Origin: Strigamia acuminata
Taxonomy: Eukaryota
Length of the DNA: 64,000 bases
Assembly (NCBI GenBank): GCA_949358305.1
Contig: OX442314.1
Span: 21,390,001-21,454,000 of the forward strand
Direction: 5' to 3'
Below the pieces are notes generated by a model. The model did no database searches. It saw only the letters and a program-made list of their open reading frames with translations, and was not told the origin of the DNA. The position numbers were made by a program, and so were the translations under genes. How positions within the stretch are numbered: the stretch's first letter is position 1; the number at the start of each line of letters is the position of its first letter. Positions 23,802 through 36,900 of the stretch are shown piece after piece.

Positions 23802-24950
23802 CCTCAATACTTTTGTGACAAAGAGACCTTGTGTTCGTTTTTCCGTGAGATTAATTTTTACTAATGTTTCCACTAAAACCCTTGCACTATTTCACGAGCG
23901 AAGTTCCAGCTAGAGATGAATCAACTAAGATAAACAACGGGTTATATAACCACACAATTCGACGATATTATTTAATGATTCGTTTGAAAATTAAGTTTAC
24001 AAATTAAAATAAAAGAAAAATGTTGAATTTAGACGTATCAATCGTAATCAATTTGTATATTTGTAACTAAAATTGTATAAAGCTTATTATATTTAGTACT
24101 TACAATTAAAATCGAACTGTTTAATCTTATCAATTTTTCTTTCAAATCTATTTTCTTTAAATTGTTTTTTGTGTTTGTTGTTTACTTTAATTCGTAAAAC
24201 CATATTAACCCTTGCACTTTGCCTTAATTTCTTTAAATGGAGTCCATATTAGTCAACCACCTAGATATGTATTTTTTGCTATAATTACAATCTGATAAGT
24301 ACAGAACGTCACTTCAAAAATACACTTAAAATGTCATTATGATATAATTATTGTTGTATATTTAGTCATCGAAACCTGATTCTAGAAAAATCTAAAAATC
24401 AATTTGTGGGTGCGAGTTACACATCATCTAAATAATGTGCTCGAGTTTTCTGGCTATGATTTCATTTCAAGCAATGTCAACCAGGGGCGCACTGAACACA
24501 CTAAGGTGTCCATTTCAATTGACGAGTTCACCAAAAATAAAAATAAAATAGAATAAATAAATAAATAAAATTGCAAATTTGATCCCTGATAGCGTTTTTC
24601 GTAACTTTTGGAATTATTTTAATAATATACATGGTGGGGTGCCATTTTAAAAATAAGACTCGTGCTATGCATCACACAAATTTCTCGTTAAAATTTCGTG
24701 ACGTATTAATCGCAGATTAACACATTAAACAAACATCAAGCTTTCTCACTGAATATTTATTTACATTTGTGTCATTGCGTGTCAATATTGCGTAACTGCA
24801 ATTTAAAGAATAAAAAATCCGATTAAATTATTGCTAAATGACTATAATTAAGTGTTAACACAAATCTAAACAGGATGTATCACGTAATACGAATACCATT
24901 TTATCATCTCCATAAAACTCTCACCATTTCTAGTAAACCCGACCAGACAA

Positions 24951-25214
24951 ATGGAGCTTATGTTTGTTTTATTTCCATTCGTGGGACTGTTCCTCGTCTT
25001 GGTGATACTTTTGACACTTACGTGCTGCTTACGACTACGAGGTAGAGTTAGGCTTGGCCCTACTCGAGTCATTCCATCTCTACAGAACGTGCCTAGCGAT
25101 GTTTCAATCTATGTTTGTCAGTTACAAGAGCCGTCTTTACAATCATCAAAAGATGCACCACCAGCGTACAATCTACTATTTCCCCCACAAAACATTCTAT
25201 CAACGAAACCCTAA
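24951..25214 (+). CDS. Single-TM PY microprotein ('MELMF' subfamily)
   Basis: TM followed by TCCLRLRGR; PPAYNLLFPP. Confidence 0.85.
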   Translation: MELMFVLFPFVGLFLVLVILLTLTCCLRLRGRVRLGPTRVIPSLQNVPSDVSIYVCQLQEPSLQSSKDAPPAYNLLFPPQNILSTKP

Positions 25215-25329
25215 AGAAAACACCGTCCGAGACGAAATTATTTGTGAGAAATTCGTCCACATCCACAAAAGCCAAATTCCTGGTAAAAGATACATCCACA
25301 TTTACAACATATCTGCGTACACTGTTTCT

Positions 25330-25600
25330 TTATTTATTATCGTTTTACTGACAGTGGCTTGGTATTATGACGGTGTTTATAATGATTTCGTGCACTGCGT
25401 GTTGTTCACGAAAGGATTTGCTTTCTCGTCCAGAGACTCAGGCTCGTCCTTCAACCACACGTGCGTCGAGTGCTTTATCATATTATCAGTCTACATATAC
25501 CACATTCAACAACCTTCTTTCCAAGTAAACATGAATCCACGTCAAGATGCACCTCCTTCTACATCCAATAGACTATATTTCATTACAGCAAAACAATGAG
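25330..25600 (+). pseudogene. Decayed paralog of the 43491 PY microprotein
   Basis: Nucleotide similarity to 43491-43754 (..GTGGCTTGGTATTATGACGG..TGCGTGTTGTTCACGA..CAACCTTCTTTCCAAGTA..); start lost and frameshifted. Boundaries approximate. Confidence 0.7.
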
Positions 25601-26026
25601 TAGAAATTCAACCATAAAATACAGCTCGACGATAAATGAATGTTTTATTTTTCCAGTGATGATATTTTTTTTGTATTATTTTTTGCATTCTTGGCAAATT
25701 TATTTTAATATTTTTTTACTTATAAAGATTTACTACCTAATTATCTTTTGAACTTGTTCCAAAGCAAATTTATTTCAATTCAAACAACAATTTAGTGGAT
25801 TGAACTGTAGTAACCGCTATCTACCTTATCATTAGTAAACTGCAACAACCTACACGTACTAACTACAATATCTGTTTAGATTAGCCTTGTAAGGATCGTT
25901 TAACCTTAACTTTAATCATAACTATTTTTGTTCTAAGAGAAAAAAGTAAGTTATAAATACACCTTTAATATATTTCCAACCAATTGATTAAGGATACCAA
26001 TTTTGGCCAGTCTTTGTTTTGCTACA

Positions 26027-26287
26027 ATGACGGATGAAGTTAAACTATTTGTCACCGTTGTAATTCCAGTAATCGGTGCAATGCTTGCATTTGTGTGTCT
26101 AGGACTATTCATCCGATGTTATTCTTTCGTACGACAAAAAATCAGAACCTCGAATTGTCGCCGGAACTCCAATTTCAATTCAATAACTACGATCAACGTG
26201 TGCCGTCTCCAAAATTCAAACCCACCACCAGCGTATGAACTGGAAGCATCTCCGCCGAGCTATTTTGAACTGTTTCCAGACAAATAG
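26027..26287 (+). CDS. Single-TM PY microprotein ('MTDEV' subfamily) with two PY motifs
   Basis: MTDEVKLFVTVVIPVIGAMLAFVCLGLFIRCY ... PPPAYELEASPPSYFELFPDK. Confidence 0.85.
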   Translation: MTDEVKLFVTVVIPVIGAMLAFVCLGLFIRCYSFVRQKIRTSNCRRNSNFNSITTINVCRLQNSNPPPAYELEASPPSYFELFPDK

Positions 26288-27760
26288 AAGATATGTGATA
26301 TCCGATGTCTTTAAATTTATTTCTGTAATTAATATCTGTATTAATAAAACTGTGTTTGTACAGTACGTCCCTAAATGTTCACCCACTCCCAGAAAGGCTC
26401 GACAGTAAAATTCGGCATACAGACAGAGCGGTTACCTAATGCCTAAGAAAATATCATAAATCCGAAAAACCAATTAGATGAGCAGATAACACAGATACGG
26501 CAGCGTGAGTACGAGTCGGAGGGCGCTGATGTAGAGGATGTTAGCATCCAGCATCTCACCTCAAATCAGAATTCGAAATTCACAGGACTTCTGACCTTTT
26601 AAACGAGTGATTAAATTTCACAAATTTCATCGTTAGCAGATGAGATTGCAGTGTCACAGTGACCTACTCAAATAATGGTTTCGTATTTTGATAATAGTTG
26701 GCATTTATGTGTTGTTCATTCCCCATCTGGTTTGTAAAAAAATATCTTGGTATCCAGTTTTTCAAAACTGGGGCCCTAAAGCGCCCATGCTTTAAGACTA
26801 AAAAGTTCTTGTTTTCCAAACACCACGCAGAAACTACAACATACGATTGATGTAATTAAACAAGCCGTGATTAAACACCTTAGAATTTACGAATGAACTG
26901 AATTACCACACTTTAAGAATGAATAATAATATTTAAAAAAATCATCTTTAAATTATAGTTTTTACTTTATAATTTCAAAACACAAAGCTAGAAGAAAAAT
27001 ACTAGAAGAAAAATGAATGCAGTTTACTTTGTTTTTGAATTAATAACGATACAGCGATTTCGACAAACAAGAAAAACAACAATAATTTTGCATCAAAATT
27101 GAAATAGCGGTAAGTATTCTGTTAGTATGTTGCTTAATTGGCCTGTAGTTTTGATGGTCTCCAAAAGACAGATTGAGAGAGGAGCAGGGGGCCCACGATT
27201 CAAAAGGGACCCTGTTACATGTACAATTATTCAATAAAGCGTTTTTTCCAAAAATGCATTTTCTATAAGAAAATGTACTTTTTCACAATTAGTTTACGTT
27301 TAAAATGTTAGGAAGATGCCATTTATGAATACTCATGTGCCCCTGTCATCACTTGTTATCGATATACACAAATTTAAGTTGATTTTGAAATAAATGAATC
27401 CGGTTTTGATGGGCACATAGAACAACAGTTTACTCGTAAAAAAATACAAGCACACTTGAAACACGAAAAACTCATATTGCCTTTTTTGGCAAACTTAATA
27501 ATTAACCACTTTAAACATAACATAATTTATAACATAACCACTCAAGTCCCCTGAAGCCTAAATCTGTGATCACCCGTGTTTTTAAGTGTTATTCTTAACC
27601 ATTTTTTGTGTGTACTGCACTAAATGTATTCTTGATGTTCGGAAACAACAATTAACGATGCGAACATTGTTAAGGCAAAAATACAGAGGGCACTGTTACT
27701 TGACAGCATCACAAAATAACAAGAGAGTGTCATGAGGATAAGCAAATACAGCAATTTTTA

Positions 27761-29870
27761 TCAGTTTTTGTCTTTGTACTGATTCGATTTTTCAATAAGC
27801 AGTTCAAATGTGCCAAAAATTAATGCTATTAAAATTCCAGCCATGATAAATATGAAAGGTCCAATCATTTGACCGAACGAAACGGGATTGAATGGGTTTG
27901 CTGGACAAACTTCAAATTGAGGAAAATGACGTTTATACTCAACTGACAAGATACCTAATTGCTTCAGTAATAGAATTCTAATTAAAGAAAATCATGAATT
28001 TTAAGAAAAATAAATTTTAAAAAACTTTACTTAGAATTGAAGTAATCCGCAAAAACAAATCCCTTCGAATAAGCAAATGCCACATCATCCTTGTTTACAT
28101 ACTCCTTTGCGACAGCAAAACTGCAATTCCCACGAATCGAATGTCCAACTATCACCAAAGATGATACAAATCCAAATTTCCCGCTATAAGCTGTTTCAAT
28201 CCCTTCCATTTGACTTGCAACTTTCAAGACACTCGTATTGTTATATGGTGGTTCCTAAATTAAAAACAACTATGATATACATTTTTAAACCAATAAATCA
28301 TTACATACATTGAAAATTTCTTCCGGTTTAGTCCCCTTGAAAACCACAGGCAAGAAATTCGATTTCTCAAGCATTTCTCTAAGCGAGGAAAAAGGAACTT
28401 CCAATTCCATTGTTGCAAAGAAAGAAGTCAATACAGACGTATAACTAATCAATATCACCATTGAAAAAACGATGTAGATCCAAAAGAGGAGTTTCATAGA
28501 GATCCAAGTGTAAAGGATTAAATTCCCTAAGTGAAAACAAAAAATATTCCACTAAAATTAAGCAATAATTGTTCACAAACCCATCATTACCTTGTAAAGC
28601 AACGGGCCAAAATAGCTGCATCTCATTAATAAAAACTAGGAAATAATTCGCACATCGTTTCCTGATTGTTACAGCATCTGAGAAAACTTTGACCAGGATA
28701 AATATCAAGCTGATTGCAAATACGCACAGCCACATGTCTTTACTGAACGGCTGCAAATAGAACCCATAATTCCACTTCCGTTGCTCAAATTTTCTGTATA
28801 TAATTTCATTTTTCATTGGATAGAATTGAGGTGAGTAATCCACAACGTCCCGTCTTTTTCTGGACATGGCAACACCAGGAGCAATTTCTGCAGACTACAC
28901 AAATTTAAATATAAATTAATACAATTAATAATGTTTCCATAGTCCAATGGGAAATAAATCACACCCCTCGTGCCAGATCGCCTATCATTCCATTCCAAGT
29001 TCCATTGAAAAAAGCTCCATATTGTGCTTCTTTGTTTCGGATTATTTTGAAGCTAAAATCCTTAATGAGAGCATTGATTTTACCAATATGTACATATTTA
29101 CCTCATATTAAAATGTGCATTAAAAATGTTGAAAATTTGACCATAGTAACCTCCCATTGTCAGTGATGTATTCAGCACAGATAATTTAACACCATGTGGA
29201 AACTTGCAAAAGAGATAAATACTGGTAAATTAAAAATTTATTCTTGTATACAGTCGAGCCTCGTTATAACGAATCACAAGGGACACGAGAAATCGGTTCA
29301 TTACAACTAAAGTTCGTTATATCAAAATTTCTAACATGGTGTTCTATGGCCAACAAACCAAACAAACAATTTTTAACTATTCGTTATAACAAAAGATTAT
29401 ACCTCTTTTATATACCTCGACGACTGTTACCCTGATTGGTCTTTGCAAATACAAACTTTTGATGTAGCTTTGAAAAATTCCCATCTTTTATGTCACAACA
29501 TTGCATGAGTAAAGCCATTAAATTTGACTAATTTTTACAAAACTTACAGACTGGTTATCACAACATAATTGCAAAAAAGAATTTCTCCCCTCAATTTTAT
29601 CGTCAGTAATTCTCAGCCATTTGTATCCTAAATATTGAAATTCAATCTGCAAAGCAAAAATCGATGTTAAATGATCTTGTAAGTAATCTATTAAAAAATT
29701 CGAAAAATGCCAAGTTAAAACTACTTAGCTCTATCAATATCCTATACCTCGCGATTATCATGCTGGTAGATATCTGCTAACACGATTAAAACATTCATAA
29801 AATACAAATTAAATATGTACGAGCAGATTACCCTCGTTTGAAATTAATGTCACACTACTCGTACGACAGT
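27761..29870 (-). CDS. Divergent ionotropic receptor (iGluR/IR family), multi-exon, copy 1; 5' end uncertain
   Basis: Exon peptides WNGMIGDLARG and RKRRDVVDYSPQFY (S1), YLQPFSKDMWLCVF (M1), LQG, ISYTSVLTSFF (SYTANL-like M3), AFAYSKGFVFADYFNSK (S2), and terminal TM IGPFIFIMAGILIALIFGTFE. Confidence 0.85.
29251..29405. mobile_element. Tc1/pogo-like MITE in an IR intron (degenerate)
   Basis: Begins TA-CAGTCGAGCCTCGTTATAACGA with repeated TTCGTTATA; related to the 63220-63388 element. Confidence 0.55.
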
Positions 29871-30767
29871 CCGTTCTGCTGGTTTTATAACTATTGCAAC
29901 ACACTAAAAAAACATAATTCAGCATTCAACATCATTTTCATCCATACTAATATTTTAACTTACAGAAATGAAGTGAGATATTTATGAGAGCAAAATGATT
30001 CATTTTATCAGCAACACCTCTGACACATGAAGTCTTCTGACCAACTCAAAATCACTAATTCGTATGAAAAGCGTATTATATAAAAAAAACTTTTTAAATT
30101 CTCTTCTCACGAAAATAAATTTTAAAAACAAGATTAAATATGAATGCACACGAGCATGAAACTTTAATCTTGTTGTCTCAATTACGTGGCGCGACACGTA
30201 AGTAATATATATAGAAAAACTTTAAGGGACAAGGAATAAAATTCAGCGCACTTACCTGACCTGAGACCTGCAGTTTGTTTGCTGCACAAGTAATTATTGA
30301 CGTAAAATTCTTTTGAAAAATGTTCTATTCTTTTTAAAATGAATATTTTATAACTTCTTGTGATAAGTCGATAACATTGACTGATAACCATAACAACAGT
30401 ATTTAATAGTAATTGACCAGAACCAACAAACCAACCAACCAACCAGCAATGCGGTGACCGTGTCATGGACACTGAGCGCAATGAGAAGCAGATGGCTAGA
30501 TGCCCCTACTGTATGGGGGATGTGCAGACAACACTACGCAGCTTTATATACGGGAATTTTGGAAAATTAAGAAAATTGGGGAAATAATAGAAATTGGGTA
30601 AATAAATATAGTAATAAAAAAAATGAAAAAAAATAATAATGTAATAAAAAGTGGTGATGTTGCGTTTGCGCATATGCAAAGTATGTGCACAAACGACGTC
30701 GCACAGTATCTGTAAACGCGATGTCGCGCTAACGAATACCGCAACCATTGATAAGCGTGACCTCGCT

Positions 30768-31080
30768 GTTTCATAAATGATGCGCTGAAGGCGCTGAAGG
30801 CGCTGAAGCGATTATGACGATTATTCTGCTGAAGCGATTATCATGTGACTTGCGTGGGCCAATCACATGAATAATCGGTTCAGCGTTTCGGCGCTTATTT
30901 ATAATCACTGAAAAAGGAGCTTTTCATGCTTAAAACATAACATAACATAACCGGAAGTCATGTGACAGCAGTATAATCAATTGGACCTGCCACCACCTAG
31001 CATGGTCCTCAATAATACAGCGATTGTGATTATTGGAACAATCACTTCAGCGCCTTCAGCATGTCATTTTTGAAACCCCT
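30768..31080. mobile_element. MITE with GCTGAAG-rich inverted ends; second copy at ~41790-42158
   Basis: GTTTCATAAATGA..GCTGAAGGCGCTGAAG against CTTCAGCGCCTTCAGC..TCATTTTTGAAAC. Confidence 0.6.
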
Positions 31081-31217
31081 TATTGAAATTCTGCTGATAA
31101 AATACCATACTGCTTCAATAATAAACTTTTGTTCTAAAAAAAAACATCAATTAAACTTATGCAATAGTTTCTCAACTTTTGTTTGTTAGACATAATAAAT
31201 TGATGACTATTATGCCT

Positions 31218-32955
31218 AGTTCACACTTGAACCACTTTTCTACAAAACCCGCCCACTTTTAGAAATAGTCTTGTGTTCACACTTGTTCCAGTTTTCTACA
31301 ACTCAGAACAAAATAGCAATACTTCTATAGCTTTAAATTGTAGAAGTGACTTCTAAAACTTGACGTCACAACTCTTAAGTCTCGCCCCCATTCCGTCATG
31401 TGACTGATCGTAGGAAAATCCAAAATATAACGCTATTTTTGGCATCAAAATATAGTAATTTTAAAAGCATTAATAAAAATTAATAAAATACATCAAAATG
31501 TAAAGAGAAAACAAGCTTTCTTTAGAAAAAAAGGATTTCTTTCTAGCACTAATGGTCGTTTTGGTCGTTTTGATAAGAGTGGAAACAAGATCGTGACCTG
31601 TTCCGGCCCCAAAATTATGTACTTTTAATGCAGAACAAAAATTTAAAAATTATGTGAGATTACTAAACTGGCATGTCTTTCTTTTTAAAAAAAATATAAG
31701 TTTCTATCTTCAAGTCATATTGATTACGGTACATCCATTAGAAGCAGCAGCAATAAGGTGTGTTTCATAATTATAAAGCCACCCACAAAAATTGGCTTTC
31801 CAGGAAAACGATTAAAACAATCACAAAACTGTAGAGCAGGTCTTGCTTTTCTTTCCTGTATTTAAAAAATTTGGGACTCATAATCCCTCTGATAGTTGTT
31901 GTTTTTGATGCACTAATGTATGATCTTCTTGTTCATTCACCAGCAGACCCTGATGTGCAATATTTTACTCAGAATCTTAATTTTATGCGGAGATCAATGG
32001 GTTTCAATGTGTTTCAATGCATTGTTTTTACAACAATTGGAATTAAAATTGTACAATTTTTGTAACAGATGACATTTATGTAGGTATAAACTACCCTCCT
32101 GTGTCAATTTTTAATCCTTAAAAATTTTTTATGGATGAAATTTGTGACTGGCTTTATAATTATGCAACATTGCAAAAAGGCAAAAATTTGCTTTTCAATT
32201 ATGACTAGTAGTTATTTGTGTTCAGAATTGTTTTGAAATGAGTAAAAGGTGTAAAATTTGATGAATATTCATGTGCAACAAACAGTTTTGTGATGGTTTT
32301 AATCGTTTTCCTATAAAGGCCATTTTTTGTGGGTAGCTTTATAATTATGAAACGCACCTTATTTGCAATCATTTGTTCGGCACCATTTTGAAGAGGTGCA
32401 TTATTGCATTATTGACTCTAGTAAAAAAACGCGGAAAAAACGTCACTAATTTCTATACTCTGGCCAACTGTAACTTGGGCCTATTTCCCATAGGCTGAGC
32501 CTTTTCAATGGTGTAGTGATACTAAAAACTGTAACTGCTAGTGTTACTGGTAGACATTGCATCCAGACAAAACAACCGATAAAAAATAGATAATTGTTTG
32601 CTTTCCAGAAAAAGCAAGCAATAAACTTAATGAACATGAACGTTGAAAAAACCAGCATAATCTTTATTTTATGACTTGGAGATACATTTTCTGATAAAAT
32701 ACAAACAATATTACATCATTTCAATGATAAAATAAAAATAATAAAACAAATTTAAAACCAAACTGAACTAAGCTATTTTCCCTGGTGGTAGCACACAGAA
32801 CACAGTTAGGAGTAATGAGGCTCATCCGATGGGAAACAGGCCTAAGTTACAGTTGGCCAGAGTATACATAACTAATGAATAAGTGTGAACAGTCACATTC
32901 ACACTTGTAGAAATTAGACTTCACAACTTCTACTAAGTGGTTCAAGTGTGAACTA
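31218..32955. mobile_element. Non-autonomous TIR element (Harbinger-like termini) containing two nested MITEs
   Basis: Outer TIR TAGTTCACACTTGAACCACTT / AAGTGGTTCAAGTGTGAACTA. Nested elements at ~31754-32361 (~80-bp TIR) and 32456-32864 (~45-bp TIR, TA flanks). Confidence 0.7.
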
Positions 32956-33432
32956 CTGAAAGAAACAATCTAATAATTATAAATCTGAAAGAAAACGATT
33001 CGTGCTACAGTGCTATGCTTCACACAAAATTTCTGAAATAAATCCCAAGTAGACCTAAATGCAGGAAATATCGTTGGCGTACTATCGCGCACAAACATAT
33101 TAAACAAACATCACACCTTCCAATTGCCTATCTATTGCCATAGTTTAACGTAAACTCTAAAAAATACAAAAATTTATTTATTTATATTTCTGTCATTACA
33201 CATCACTATTTAATCAATATAAAAAACATCCGACACAAACATCTTTCCGAAAAAGACAATCAACGTCCACAAATGCCAAAGTCCTGCTACCAGATAAGTC
33301 AACAAAATGGGCCAGTTACAGTCAAATCTGAAAAATGACGTCATTGTCATTCATAAATCATATCTACTTAAACTGTTTCTGTTTCTGTTTAGCAGCGTTT
33401 GATTTTGCACAGAAATTTATTCTCACACAAAA

Positions 33433-33705
33433 ATGGATGTAACAATTATATCTATAATATCGTGGCTTTGCTTTATGGTGGGGTTCGCAGTGGTTACGTG
33501 GATCGGGTGTTATTTACGACGACGAAATTCGCCATCACCTCCAATGACTTATACTTATCCTGTGACTTATACTCATCCTCCGCCGACACCGAGCGATCTC
33601 CCAGTGTACGTATGCAGTATTCCTCCAACTGATTTCCAAGTACACACGAATCCACGTTAAGAAGCAACTCCTCCTGCAGACAATGAACAATTTCCGGCAA
33701 CATAA
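33433..33705 (+). pseudogene. PY microprotein paralog of the 43491 gene with a premature stop
   Basis: CAA>TAA at 33658-33660; the downstream PPAY codons read PPAD. Confidence 0.75.
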
Positions 33706-34190
33706 CTCGAAGAAGAAAAAAAAACAATGAATATAAATTCAATCCGAAAAAATTTACAAAAATGTCTATCTACAAATTGCTAAAATGAATGTTTTATATT
33801 TCCATTATGATATTCTGTTGTAATCAAAACCAGTGTTCTTTTTTTTTGTTTAAATCCTTGGCAAACTGCTCCCAACCCTTTTTATTTTATTTATATAAAA
33901 ACCTAATTATCTTTTGAACTTGTTCCAAAACAACTTCTCATTTCAAACAACAGTTTAATAAATTGAACCGCATCTGTCTATCGCTATCTATCTTATCATT
34001 ACCAAACAACAGCAACCTACACGTATCTACGAACTATGTTTGCTCAGAATAGTCTTCAAAGTATCGCTTAACGTGTGATTTAATAATAACTTTTTAGTTT
34101 AAAATAAAAAGGTAAGACACAAACTTACCTTTTTCATCGATTTCCAACCAATTAAGGTTACCAGTTTTTGCCAGAATTTGTGTTTCTGCA

Positions 34191-34412
34191 ATGACGGATG
34201 AAGTTAAACTGTTTGTCACGGTTGCAATTCCAGTAATCGGAAAAGCGGTCGCATTTATGTGTCTAGAACTAATCATCTGGTGTTATTCTTTCGTAGGACA
34301 AAAAATACCTTCGTCTACGTCCACAAAAGCAAAATTTCTGGTAAAAGATACATCAACATTTACAACACATCTGCGTGTACTGTTTTTTTTTTATTTATTA
34401 TCGTTTTACTGA
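34191..34412 (+). pseudogene. Chimeric/truncated MTDEV-type gene at a duplication junction
   Basis: Matches the 44250 gene up to ~34306, then switches to sequence matching ~25250 onward; PY tail lost. Confidence 0.75.
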
Positions 34413-34658
34413 CAGTGGCTTGGTATTATGACGGTGTTTATAATGATTTCGTGCACTGCGTGTTGTTCACGAAAGGATTTGCTTCGTCTAGAGACTCAGG
34501 CTCGTCCCTTCAACCACACGTGCGTCGAGTGCTTTATCATATTATCAGTCTACGTATACCACATTCAACAACCTTCTTTCCAAGTAAACATGAATCCACG
34601 TGCACCTCCTTCTACACATCCAATGGACTATATTTCATTCCAGCAAAACAACGAGTAG
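34395..34658 (+). pseudogene. Decayed 43491-type paralog (duplicate of 25330-25600)
   Basis: Near-identical to 25330-25600; lacks the start and the PY motif. Confidence 0.7.
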
Positions 34659-35061
34659 AAATTCAACCATAAAATACAGCTCGACGATAAATGAATGTTT
34701 TATTTTTCCAGTGATGATATTTTTTTGTATTATTTTTTGCATTCTTGGCAACTTTAGTTAATATTTTTTATTTATAAAGATTTACTACCTAATTATCTTT
34801 TGAACTTGTTCCAAAACAAATTTATTTCAATTCAAACAACAATTTAGTGGATTGAACTGTATTAACCGCTATCTGCCTTATCATTAGCAAACTGCAACAA
34901 CCTACACGTCCTAACTACAATATCTTTTCAGGATCGTTTAACCTTAACTTTAATAATAACTATTTTTGTTCTAAGATAAAAAGGTAAGTTATAAACACAC
35001 CTGTAATATTATTTCCAACCAATTAAGGATACCAATTTTTGCCAGTCTTTGTTTTTCTACA

Positions 35062-35322
35062 ATGACGGATGAAGTTAAACTATTTGTCACGGTTGTAATC
35101 CCAGTAATCGGTGCAATGCTTGCATTTGTGTGTCTAGGACTATTCATCCGGTGTTATTCTTTCGTACGACAAAAAATCAGAACCTCAAATTGTCGCCGGA
35201 ACTCCAATTCCAATTCAATAACTACGATCAACGTGTGCCGTCTCCAAAATTCAAACCCACCACCAGCGTACGAACCGGAAGCACCTCCGCCGAGCTATTT
35301 TGAACTGTTCCCAGACAAATAG
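35062..35322 (+). CDS. Single-TM PY microprotein (MTDEV subfamily)
   Basis: Near-identical to the 26027 gene; tail PPPAYEPEAPPPSYFELFPDK. Confidence 0.85.
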   Translation: MTDEVKLFVTVVIPVIGAMLAFVCLGLFIRCYSFVRQKIRTSNCRRNSNSNSITTINVCRLQNSNPPPAYEPEAPPPSYFELFPDK

Positions 35323-35899
35323 AAGATTTGTGATATCCGATGTCTTTAAATTTATTTCTGTAATTAATATCTGTATTAATAAAACAGTGTTTGTACGTCC
35401 GTAAATGTTCACCCACTCCCAGAAGGGCTCGACAGTAAAATTCGGCATACAGACAGAACAGTTACCTAAAAGAAAATATCATAAATCCGAAAAAATAATA
35501 AGATGTGCAGATAACGCAGATACAGCAGCGTGAGTATGAGTTAGAGGGCGCTGATGTGGAGGATGTTAGCATCCAGCATCTCACCTCTAATCAGAATTCG
35601 AAATTCACAGGACTTCTGACCTTTTAAACGAGAGATTAAATTCCACAAATTTGATCGTCAGCAGTTGAGACTTCACGAATGAACTGAATTACCACACTTT
35701 AATAATGAATAATAATATTTAGAAAAAAAATCATCTTTAAATTATAGTTTTTCCTTTGTAATTTCAAAACACAACGCTAGAAGAAAAATGCACTTCCCAT
35801 ACGAAAATGCACTTTTTCACAATTAGTTTACAGTACTTTTAAAATGTTGGGAAGATGCCATTTATGAATACTCATGTGTCCCTGTCATAACTTGTTATA

Positions 35900-36665
35900 C
35901 AGGGTGGTGCAGAAAGTCTGGTTCACAGTAAATAATTTCCAAACCGTTTTAGATGTTGATTCAGCAAAATGATTGTTAAGGTATTATGTCGGGGGAAATC
36001 CAATTATGACATCCAATTTGACCTCTGAGGTCATCTTCAAGGTCATCCACATTGTAACTCGAGAACCGTGACAGTTAGAGCAAAAAAGTGAATTAGAAAG
36101 TTGTAGAGCATCATCCAATTAGTCTAGAACTGTTCTTAAAAAAATTATTTCTTAGGGAAAAGTTTTGAGAAAAAAAGGTTTGAAATGTTAGTCTACTCAG
36201 CTTTGTAACCTAAAACTATCATGTGGAATGTATTTCCAAAATAAATTATTTCCTTTCTTTTGTATTTCCTCTCTTCCACTTACAAGTATGACCCAATAAA
36301 GTGTCCTAATTGAAGATTAGCTTGGTTGCCTCAATAGTTTTAGGTTACAAAGCTGAGTTATAATGCTGAGTAGGCCAATGTTTCAGACCTTTTTTCTCAA
36401 AACTTTTTCCTAAGAAATAATTTTTTTAAAAACAGTTCTAGACTAATTGGATGATGCTCTACAACTTTCTAATTCACTTTTTTGCTCTAACTGTCACGGT
36501 TCTCGAGTTACAATATGGATGACCTTGAAGATGACCTCAGAAGTCAAATTGGATGTCATAATTGGATTTCCCCCGACATACTACCTTAACAATCATTTTG
36601 CTGAATCAACATCTAGAATAGTTTGGGAATTATTTACTGTGAACCAGACTTTCTGCACCACCCTG
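35900..36665. mobile_element. 766-bp foldback Tc1/mariner-like MITE with ~320-bp inverted arms
   Basis: CAGGGTGGTGCAGAAAGTCTGG ... CCAGACTTTCTGCACCACCCTG with TA on both sides; absent from the paralogous site near 27358. Confidence 0.9.
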
Positions 36666-36900
36666 TATATGCACAAATTTAAGTTGATTTAGAAATAAAT
36701 GAATCCGATTTTGATGGGAGCATAAAACAACAGTTTACTCGTGGAAAAATACAAGCACACGTGAAACGCGAAAAACTCATTGCCTTTTTTAGTAAACTTA
36801 ATAACTAACATAGTTAACCACTTTAAACATAACACAATTTATAACATGACTACTCCAAGTCCACTGAAGCCTAAATTTGACCCTGTGATCTCCCGTGTTT

